Shown: piece after piece, positions 1 through 7,210 of the stretch
Layout: each line of letters begins with the position of its first letter
How positions within the stretch are numbered: position 1 is the stretch's first letter
Source of the DNA: Octopus sinensis
Taxonomy: Eukaryota
Length of the DNA stretch: 10,439 nt
Direction of reading: 5' to 3'
NCBI RefSeq assembly: GCF_006345805.1
Contig: NW_021827432.1
Span: 1-10,439, forward strand
Program-made: the position numbers and the translations under genes
The notes under the pieces: generated by a model
Databases searched by the model: none
What the model saw: the letters and a program-made list of their open reading frames with translations, nothing else
What the model was told of the DNA's origin: nothing

Positions 1-119
1 TAATTTTGTATTATTGTAAAAATTATTTTTATAATTTTTAAATAATTTGCTAATAATTTCTTAATATTTTTATAAAATAATAATTTGATAATTAAAAAAA
101 ATTTAAATGACATTTTAAT

Positions 120-319
120 GCAGCACGGATTTTTGTCAGTGAACAGGTCGCGGTCTTAAAGCGACGAAAATATTTTGACAAATTAAACTTAAATGTTGAA
201 GTGAATCGAACGGCTTTTGTATGTTTCTTAAATGACTTACAAACACCTTCCACGCTGCAATTGTTTTCGTTTCAGCACACGATCTCAGATCAAATCACTT
301 GCTATGCAAGTACATCTCC
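120..319. mobile_element. Probable ~200-bp interspersed-repeat insertion, family unassigned
   Basis: GC-richer block in very AT-rich DNA, flanked by an exact 11-bp direct repeat GACATTTTAAT (109-119 and 320-330) that could be a TSD. No TIR, ORF or poly-A seen. Confidence 0.4.
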
Positions 320-548
320 GACATTTTAATATCTTTTTTTAAATATTTTTTTTTTATAATTTTTAATCCTATTTCTGTTAAAGATTTTTTTTCTGTAACT
401 GGTTTATTTACTGAAACCTTTTCATTTTTTATTATTACTAATATTTTCTTTCATTATTGATTTGTTAATTTTATAGTGCATTATTTGTATTATTTTTGTC
501 TTTCACTATTTATTTGTATCATTTCTTATTTTTTTTATATTCCTATAC

Positions 549-857
549 CACACACAAACACACACACACACACACACACCACGCCCTCATGCATAATACC
601 CACACACTTGGCTGCATCAACGCTCTCACACACACTCCTTCACACCCCTCTACAACTACACCCGCCCATTTTGATTTCCTCTGACCCACTATTGACCCTT
701 CCGACAAGCACACACACGCACTGCCACACCCATCCATTAACACCTGTGACTATGGCTGCTGATCTCTGAGAGCGACATTAACACACTCACACAGACGCGC
801 ACGTCTCACACACACACACAAACATATACACACACATACATATATATACATATATAC
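549..857. repeat. (CA)n and CA/TA-rich low-complexity region
   Basis: (CA)n at about 549-579 and mixed CA/TA at about 806-857, with CA-rich sequence between. Confidence 0.7.
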
Positions 858-1022
858 GACAGGCTTCTTTCAGTTTCCGTCTACCAAATCCACTCACACG
901 GCTTTGGTTGGCCCGAAGTTATAGTAGAAGACACTTGCCCAAGGTGCCACGCAGTGGGACTGAACCCGGAAGCATGTGGTTCGTAAGCAAGCTACTTACC
1001 ACACAGCCACTCCTGCGCCTAT

Positions 1023-1024
<2 letters not shown>
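815..1024 (-). mobile_element. tRNA-derived SINE (family B here), 5' half only
   Basis: Reverse complement reads AGGCGCAGGAGTGGCTGTGTGG (A box TGGCTGTGTGG), GGTTCAGTCCC (B box), then CACCTTGGGCAAG (CORE-like motif). About 93% identical (12 differences in ~164 bp) to 5699-5862. Homology ends in the internal TA/TG microsatellite. Confidence 0.85.

Positions 1025-1056
<32 letters not shown>
1023..1056. repeat. (AC)n(AT)n microsatellite
   Basis: Directly visible dinucleotide tract. Confidence 0.9.
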
Positions 1057-1057
1057 G

Positions 1058-1207
1058 TTAAAATTAATCGAAGAAATACTAAGTATGTCTATGTGCGGGA
1101 AATAGCCCAAACTCTTATTTAAATCGCCAATTTACGATTGAAATCAGAGTTTTGACTGTTATTTCCAGCAGCTAGACATACTTAGTATATCCTTTGATTA
1201 ATTTTAA
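1058..1207. repeat. 150-bp degenerate fold-back palindrome, MITE-like
   Basis: Arms pair along almost the whole length. Perfect 16-bp core ATACTAAGTATGTCTA (1076-1091) versus TAGACATACTTAGTAT (1173-1188). Outer ends TTAAAATTAATC / GATTAATTTTAA; 8-nt central spacer 1127-1134. Confidence 0.75.
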
Positions 1208-1225
1208 TCCTTCAGTTATTTAATC

Positions 1226-1682
1226 GGATCTTTTCGGTTTGAACGGCAGTTTTTAAAAGTAATTTCCACGTAACTAAACACTTTTAAACTTCGTATACTG
1301 GTAGAATGTGTTTATAAAACATCTTTTTCTCTTGGCTTTATTGATAAAATTCTATAGTTTGTAAGATATTTGTTGTTTTTTTTCTTCAATTTCTGCAATT
1401 TCAACCAATCAAATATGTCTATTGAGGCAAAAAAACAAATAGACATTCTGTGCCGTATGAATATGTTTCTCGTTTAAGAAACAGATTGGGTTTATTTACA
1501 TTTGTGAAGTAAAAAAGATACCCTTCCCCCCACTCTTAACCCTAACCCTAACCTTAACTAACCCTAACTAACCTAACCCTAAAACAGATTGAAATGCAAT
1601 AGATCGATACTAGGGTCATAATTATGGGTGACAATTTCATATGACACCGCTAGAAAAACTGCCGGTCAAACCGAAAAGATCC
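1226..1682. mobile_element. Non-autonomous TIR DNA transposon (MITE), 457 bp, 8-bp TSD
   Basis: 29-bp TIRs GGATCTTTTCGGTTTGAACGGCAGTTTTT (1226-1254) and 1654-1682, one mismatch. Exact TSD ATTTAATC at 1218-1225 and 1683-1690. No ORF. Confidence 0.9.
1536..1582. repeat. Interstitial telomere-like (CCCTAA)n degenerate tract inside the MITE
   Basis: TTAACCCTAACCCTAACCTTAACTAACCCTAACTAACCTAACCCTAA, the complement of TTAGGG with variants. Confidence 0.75.
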
Positions 1683-1869
1683 ATTTAATCCTTTTTGGGC
1701 CCCTATATTCGCCTATATTAGTTATTCTGTTATTATCATTTTAAAATTATTACACTAGATAATAATAGAGACAATGATATCTTCGCAAATTATTTTTTTT
1801 CTGAATTGCTTTCCTTGTGAATTATTTGCTATATATATATTTGCCCCGCTGCTTGGAATTTTATTTTAA

Positions 1870-2160
1870 TTCTCTCGCAGGAAGGCCTATGGATTAGTGT
1901 TCTGTCTATGCCTTCGAAACATGCCTGAATCCACTAGCGACAGCTGATGACGGGGGTTTTGTCCTTGTGTAGCTCGTCCTGTAATTGTTTTTCGTTTTCT
2001 TGTTTTTCGTTTTTCGTTTTCTTGTTTTTTGTTTTTTTTTTGTTTTTTTTCCGTTTCTACGTCTTATTGTGATGTCCTGTATGCATATATTTTTATTTAT
2101 CACCTTATTGTCTGACAGCGCCCCGCATCGTCGTTTCGTTCCACTTCTTGGTTTCTTTTT
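1870..2160 (+). repeat. Possible Penelope-type terminal-repeat remnant
   Basis: Hairpin GAAGGC/GCCTTC followed by GAAAC (1881-1920), CTGATGA (1944-1950), a T-rich tract, and an end at (TA)n. Hammerhead cores are incomplete. Confidence 0.3.
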
Positions 2161-2161
2161 T

Positions 2162-2166
<5 letters not shown>

Positions 2167-2199
<33 letters not shown>
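2167..2199. repeat. (TA)n microsatellite; a second (TA)n lies at 2394-2416
   Basis: Directly visible. Confidence 0.9.
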
Positions 2200-2201
<2 letters not shown>

Positions 2202-2214
2202 GCATGTTGATTCG

Positions 2215-2393
2215 CTAGCTTCTGCACACATTTTTTTCTCTCCTTGTTTCTTTCTGTGTTTCTTTTCTGTGTATCTTTCTGTTGAAGAGCGTAGGCTCGA
2301 AACGTAAAAGACTTGTTTTATTTATATTCCTGAGCGCCATACTAATACAATTGTTTGTCTTCGTCTTTTGTTTATTTTCATAAAGCTTCCCGT
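2215..2393 (+). mobile_element. TA-bounded interspersed repeat, probably a Penelope-related terminal-repeat fragment
   Basis: 2293-2312 (AGGCTCGAAACGTAAAAGAC) recurs exactly in inverted orientation at 10420-10439. Bounded by (TA)n on both sides and carries a hammerhead-like motif. Confidence 0.55.
2274..2311 (+). ncRNA. Minimal type I hammerhead-like motif with variant core
   Basis: TCTTT-CTGTTGA-A-GAGC(GTAG)GCTC-GAAAC-GTA-AAAGA: 5-bp helix I, 4-bp helix II, palindromic ACGT helix III. Deviates by A6 to U and one extra A. Confidence 0.4.
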
Positions 2394-2416
2394 TATATAT
2401 ATATATATATATATAT

Positions 2417-2480
2417 GGGACAATCACTCAGGATTGAGTCTCAGAGTTGTCCCTTAAGTTCATTACTTAAGTGAAAACTT
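2417..2480 (-). repeat. Short interspersed repeat with terminal hairpin; second copy at 6151-6212 (+)
   Basis: Reverse complement ...GACAACTCTGAGACTCAATCCTGAGTGATTGTC matches 6181-6212 GACAACTTTGAGACTCAATCCGAGTGATTGCC, with weaker homology for about 30 bp further. Confidence 0.6.
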
Positions 2481-2528
2481 TATCCAGCCAGGAAACAGGA
2501 TTTGAGAGCACGTGTTATCAACTATGGA

Positions 2529-2909
2529 TGGAAGCACTCCGTCGGTTACGACGACGAGGGTTCCGGATGATCAGATCAACGGAACAGCCTGCTCGTGAAA
2601 TTAACGTGTAAGTGGCTGAGCACACCACAGACACGTGTAGCCTTAACGTAGTTCTCGGGGATATTCAGCGTGACACAGAGAGTGACAAGACCGGCCCTCT
2701 GAAATACAGGTACAACAGAAACAGGAAGTAAGAGTGAGAGAAAGTTGAAGTGAAAGAGTACAGCAGGGATCACCACCATCCCCTGCCGGAGCCTCGTGGA
2801 GCTTAGGTGTTTTCGCCCAATAAACACTCACAACGCCCGGTCTGGGAATCGAAACCGCGATCCTACGACCGCGAGTCCGCTGCCCTAACCACTGGGCCAT
2901 TGCGCCTCC
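2529..2909 (-). mobile_element. tRNA-derived SINE (family A here), full length
   Basis: Head GGAGGCGCAATGGCCCAGTGG (A box TGGCCCAGTGG) and GGTTTCGATTCCC (B box-like). 12-bp TSD GTTATCAACTAT at 2514-2525 and 2912-2923. About 96% identical to 3232-3612. Confidence 0.93.
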
Positions 2910-3097
2910 GCGTTATCAACTATAAACACTCGGGTCGAGGTGGAAGAGAAGTGACAGAGTGTGTGTGTATTTATGTACGTACGTACGTAGCTATCAGATC
3001 TTGTCTATGAGATCTTGTCTATGAGTCATTTGACATACATTAATAAAGATAAATTTAACACGTTAAATTAACGCGTAACATCTTCATTAACGCCGCC

Positions 3098-3228
3098 CAC
3101 TAACATACGTACGATAACAAAAACAGTGTCACATTTTAAACTTGAGCAATGTCTTGCATATCTATATTGTAATGCTTTTCTCAAGTTTAAAATACGACAC
3201 TGCTTTTGTTATCGTACGCATGTTAGTG
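3098..3228. repeat. 131-bp hairpin: 49-bp inverted arms with a 33-bp spacer
   Basis: Arms 3098-3146 and 3180-3228 are reverse complements with 4 mismatches and no gaps. Confidence 0.85.
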
Positions 3229-3231
3229 AGT

Positions 3232-3612
3232 GGAGGCGCAATGGCCCAGTGGTTAGGGCAGCGGACTCGCGGTCATAGGATCGCGGTTTCGATTCCCAGA
3301 CCGGGCGTGGTGAGTGTTTATTGAGCGAAAACACCTAAGCTCCACGAGGCTCCGGCAGGGATGGTGGTGATCCCTGCTGTACTCTTTCACCGCAACTTTC
3401 TCTCACTCTTACTTCCTGTTTCTGTTGTACCTGTATTTCAAAGGGCCGGCCTTGTCACTCTCTGTGTCACGCTGAATATCCCCGAGAACTACGTTAAGGG
3501 TACACGTGTCTGTGGAGTGCTCAGCCACTTACACGTTAATTTCATGAGCAGGCTGTTCCGTTGATTCGGATCAACCGGAACCCTCGTCGTCGTAACCGAC
3601 GGAGTGCTTCCA
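3232..3612 (+). mobile_element. tRNA-derived SINE (family A), full length
   Basis: Same Pol III A/B box head as 2529-2909. 11-bp TSD CATGTTAGTGA at 3219-3229 and 3613-3623. Confidence 0.93.
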
Positions 3613-3643
3613 CATGTTAGTGAATTCAAATACGTAAAACAGA

Positions 3644-3696
3644 ACACACGCACGCACACACACACACACACACACACATACATACATACACTCACA

Positions 3697-3740
<44 letters not shown>
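3644..3740. repeat. Compound (CA)n/(CATA)n microsatellite
   Basis: Directly visible. Confidence 0.9.
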
Positions 3741-3743
<3 letters not shown>

Positions 3744-4064
3744 CACCCATTAGCTTCCTCTTCCACTTCGACACGTCAAAAGTAAATAAATAAAGTGCTG
3801 AACCCAACTGTTCGAAAATATAAGGACACAGATATTGTGTCGTACAGCCAGCTGGAAACGATGTTTCCCGGGGTTAAACAACAGTAACCATCGTCCTACC
3901 CATGACAGCCACATTATGTTGGCAAATAGTCTTTACTTTAAAGAACTGTTACTCAATATCCCTCTTTGTGGGATTTAGAAATAATAATGTTTCTATGTAC
4001 AACCTGCCTTTCAATTGGAGGATTGAAAAAGCATGTAAAAAAACATCATACTGTGGCACATATA

Positions 4065-4288
4065 CAGTTGCGGCCAAAATGTTCAGAACGGCATTGTTTT
4101 CGCCAGAAAAGTAGGTATAAGTTTTTATCAAAGTTGTTTTATATTCTATAATTTTCACAGACAATAAATACAATATTAATTGTTATTGTCTGAGGTTTTT
4201 GTGTAATTTGAGAGGATAATACAAAAGTTATGGATGATTTAGTGATTTACTGCAAAACTCATGGCGGCTAAAATGATCAGAACGGTTG
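4065..4288 (+). repeat. Left TIR of the Tc1 element with outer and inner direct repeats
   Basis: Outer GCGGCCAAAATGTTCAGAACGG and inner GCGGCTAAAATGATCAGAACGG. Roughly 90% identical to the reverse complement of 5463-5682. Confidence 0.9.
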
Positions 4289-4334
4289 AAAAAATAACAA
4301 AATAATCAAAAATGACAGAGAATACTGGAATTAT

Positions 4335-5348
4335 TTAATATTTAGTGTGAAGCCCTTTAGCTTCAATCGCATTCTTACATCTTCGACTGCATGAGGAAAT
4401 AAAATTTTCAATTTCTTGCTGGGTGATCTTATTCCATTCTTCCTGAAGGGCATTCCATAATTGCTCAGTTGTTTTAGGATTTCTGGCTTTCGAACGTTCT
4501 CCTAGAATATTCCACACATTATCAATAGGATTGAGATCTGGGCTTTGAGCTGGCCAATCCATAACAATAACCTATTCAGCCTTGAGGAAGTTCATGACTA
4601 CCTTAGCCTTGTGACATGGGGCATTGTCCTGCTTGAATATGGGTGGTCGCTTAGTTGAATTTCTCAGCACAGGCAAGACATGATCTTTTACAAGTTGTTT
4701 ATAAACTCCTGCATTTAACTTTCCATGTAATCGCACCAATAGGCCCACACCATCTCCAGATATAATTCCCCAAACCATGACACTTCCTCCACCGAATTTA
4801 ACACTGGTCTTAAGGCATTTAGGCATCAATTTTTCACCTACGTTTCTACGAACGTACATTTTCCCATCTGAGCCAAATAGCATAAACTTAGATTCATCAC
4901 TGAAATGCACCGTTTGCCATTTTTCTTGAGACCACAACACATGTTCGGTTGCAAAGGTAAGACGACACTTTTTATTCTTGGAGCTGATCAGTGGCTTCAC
5001 TGCATGTGCTCTTGCTTGTAGGTCATGTTCAACTAAACGACGAGACACAGCTTTTCGAGATAAAGTTTTCTTCAATACAATGCTCATTTTCCGAGAAACA
5101 GCAGCAGCAGTTTTAAGTCTGTCCTTTTTAACCAACTTTACCATAGCACGATCTTCTCTCTTGGTCGTTTTTCTTGGCCTACCTGTAAACTTTCTTGCTT
5201 CACACGAACCACAATCATCGTAGACCTTAAGAATACCGTGTACAACATTTTTGACTTGTTACAATCTTTGCAATAGATCCAATACTTAAATTATCCTTCC
5301 TTCGAAGCTTAATAATCTGCTGACGAATTGATAACGGAGAAGTGGCAT
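4335..5348 (-). pseudogene. Tc1-like transposase pseudogene
   Basis: Motifs GRPRK, FSDESKF, GGGSVMVWG, QDNAPCH, WPAQSPDLNPI, HTKY. In-frame TAG at 4572-4574 joins tracked ORFs 4572-5144 and 4335-4562. Frameshifts between the inferred ATG at 5348 and about 5250. Confidence 0.92.
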
Positions 5349-5462
5349 TATATTAACAAAATACACTGCAAATATTCTTACTAGAGTTTAGTAACGAACC
5401 GTCACGTAAACAATTCAAAACATTAGATTCACCGGTAAATATACTAAAACATGGAGTAAAAG

Positions 5463-5682
5463 CAACCGTTCTGATCATTTGGCCGCCATGGGTTTTGCAG
5501 TAAATCACTAAATCATCCATAACTTTGTATTATCCTCTCAAATTACACCAAATTCTCAGGAAAAACAAATAATATCGTATTATTGTCTGTGAAAATTATA
5601 GAATATAAAAACAACTTTGATAAAAAATTATATCTACTTTTGCGAGAAAACAATGCCGTTCTGAACATTTTGGCCGCAACTG
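5463..5682 (-). repeat. Right TIR of the Tc1 element
   Basis: Reverse complement of 4065-4288 with scattered substitutions and indels. Confidence 0.9.
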
Positions 5683-5695
5683 TATATTAAATAAA

Positions 5696-6150
5696 TATAG
5701 GTGCAGGAGAGGCTGTGTGGTAAGTAGCTTGCTTACCAGCCACATGGTTCCGGGTTCAGTCTCACTGCGTGGCACCTTGGGCAAGTGTCTTCTACTATAG
5801 CCTCGAGCCGACCAAAGCCTTGTGAGTGGATTTGGTAGACGGAAACTGAAAGAAGCCCGTCGTATATATGTATGTATATATATATGTATGTATATACATG
5901 TGTGTATATATATGTATATATATGTATGTGTGTATATGTTTGTGTGTCTGTGTTTGTCCCCCCCCAACATCGCCTGACAGCCGATGCTGGTGTGTTTACA
6001 TCCCTGTAACTTAGCAGTTCGGCAAAAGAGACCGATAGAATAAGTACTAGGCTTACAAAGAATAACTCCTGGGGTCGATTTGCTCGACCAAAAGCGGTGC
6101 TCCAGCATGACCACAGTCAAATGACTGAAACAAGTAAAAGAGTAAAAGTA
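5696..6150 (+). mobile_element. tRNA-derived SINE (family B), full length with internal TA/TG microsatellite
   Basis: Head homologous to 858-1024. A box mutated (AGGCTGTGTGG), B box GGTTCAGTCTC, CACCTTGGGCAAG motif. Microsatellite at about 5863-5950 and 3' tail ...CAAGTAAAAGAGTAAAAG. No convincing TSD. Confidence 0.9.
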
Positions 6151-6217
6151 AATTTTTCACGGAAACTGACGAACGAAAGTGACAACTTTGAGACTCAATC
6201 CGAGTGATTGCCACACA

Positions 6218-6238
6218 TATCTATCTATCTATTTATCC

Positions 6239-6297
<59 letters not shown>

Positions 6298-6410
6298 ATC
6301 TATCTATCTATCTACCTATCTACCTACCTACCTATCTATCTATCTATCTATTCTCTATATCTATCTATCTATCTATCTATCTATATATCTATCATCTATC
6401 TATCTATCTG

Positions 6411-6470
<60 letters not shown>

Positions 6471-6511
6471 CCTATCTATCTATCTATCTGCCTATCTGCC
6501 TGTCTATCTAT
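6218..6511. repeat. (TATC)n tetranucleotide microsatellite, ~290 bp
   Basis: Directly visible. Explains the YLSI-repeat ORFs. Confidence 0.95.
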
Positions 6512-6751
6512 GCATGCGTATATAGGTGTTGTATACGCGCGCGTGTGTGTGTGAATTTGAGTGTAACAAGATCTTACCATAGCGTTACGCCTTGTTCCTA
6601 TTAAGAAGCTTTTAATTGTTTAGTAACATCAGTGGGTTCCAGCTCAGAGAGCAACGGGCTGTGTCTTCCAGTGTGTGTTGATTTATGTACGTATATACGT
6701 GTGTGCTTAGTGTTCATGTATGTCTGTATATATGTATGTATTTATGTATGC

Positions 6752-6786
<35 letters not shown>

Positions 6787-6789
6787 GTT

Positions 6790-7105
6790 AATCCAAACAA
6801 GAAAACACAGAAACAAACACAGCAACGCGAGGACATGGAATAATTAAAGTATTATTTGACGCTCATATATATATATATGTGTGTGTGTGTGTATGTATAG
6901 CATATTTTTCCTTGGGGTTGGCTAGATTGGAGCAATCTCGAGTATAACCATATAACCAGCCGAAATTGCAAAGATAATCTGGAATTCGACTGAGGATAGA
7001 AAACGATGAATGATCCGTCCTTGTTTTCCTTGTATCGTCCGTCTGGATATTTTGCTTCACCTAACTGTCTGGATGTTTTGCGTTCTTGTCCCATTTTTGT
7101 ATTAT
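6790..7105. repeat. Two TA/TG-bounded fragments of probable interspersed repeats (about 6790-6866 and 6899-7105)
   Basis: 6790-6866 ends GTATTATTTGACGCTCA, resembling the reverse complement of 2335-2352 (GTATTAGTATGGCGCTCA). Both blocks lie between dinucleotide tracts. Family not recognised. Confidence 0.3.
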
Positions 7106-7113
7106 ATATATAA

Positions 7114-7156
7114 GCTCCAGCATGACCACAGTCAAATGACTGAAACAAGTAAAAGA
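7114..7156 (+). mobile_element. 5'-truncated 3' tail of SINE family B or of its partner LINE
   Basis: 43 bp identical to 6099-6141 (GCTCCAGCATGACCACAGTCAAATGACTGAAACAAGTAAAAGA), embedded in (TA)n. Confidence 0.85.
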
Positions 7157-7210
7157 TATATATATATATATATATTATATATAAGATATATATATATATA
7201 TATATAGATA

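Larger units (their letters stand above)
4065..5682 (-). mobile_element. Tc1-family DNA transposon, full length (1618 bp), IR/DR type, inactive
   Basis: CAGT...ACTG termini, TA TSD (4063-4064, 5683-5684), ~220-bp TIRs with the first 37 bp identical, and internal transposase remnants. Confidence 0.95.

Noticed and set aside
476-769. ORFs 476-769, 496-684 and 543-743
   Set aside because: HT/CV-rich translations arise from CA-rich low-complexity DNA; no domain or splice support.
1536-1582. True telomere or chromosome-healing site
   Set aside because: Short, degenerate and enclosed within TIRs and a TSD.
1906-2218. ORFs 1906-2103 and 1985-2218
   Set aside because: K-rich and F-rich translations of a T-rich tract plus (TA)n.
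2996-3025. 14-bp tandem duplication AGATCTTGTCTATG x2
   Set aside because: Real, but most simply a local slippage duplication; nothing supports an empty-TSD or functional interpretation.
3232-3310. tRNA gene call for the SINE heads (also 2830-2909, 950-1020, 5699-5770)
   Set aside because: A and B boxes are present but there is no proper acceptor stem or terminator, and each continues into a SINE body.
2576-3807. ORFs overlapping the family A SINEs and the CA tract
   Set aside because: Near-identical peptides from the two SINE copies; these are non-coding repeats.
3820-4060. Unique-looking sequence with ORFs 3902-4114, 3949-4173 and 3966-4151 and small hairpins
   Set aside because: The ORFs run into the Tc1 TIR, no motif is recognised and no convincing splice sites are seen.
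4978-5223. Plus-strand 81-aa ORF
   Set aside because: Antisense shadow of the transposase.
5596-6120. 174-aa minus-strand ORF
   Set aside because: Spans the antisense SINE, its microsatellite and the Tc1 TIR; composite and non-coding.
6570-6600. Possible 20-nt minus-strand micro-exon (AG...ATG|GTAAGA)
   Set aside because: Donor-like motif but a weak acceptor and no neighbouring exon evidence; cannot be supported without RNA data.
6179-6604. YLSI/IYLS-repeat ORFs (also 9816-10124)
   Set aside because: (TATC)n lacks stops in these frames, so they are artefacts.
6985-7025. CTGAGGA...GTC hammerhead-like fragment
   Set aside because: Helices I and III cannot be formed and GAAA is not correctly positioned.
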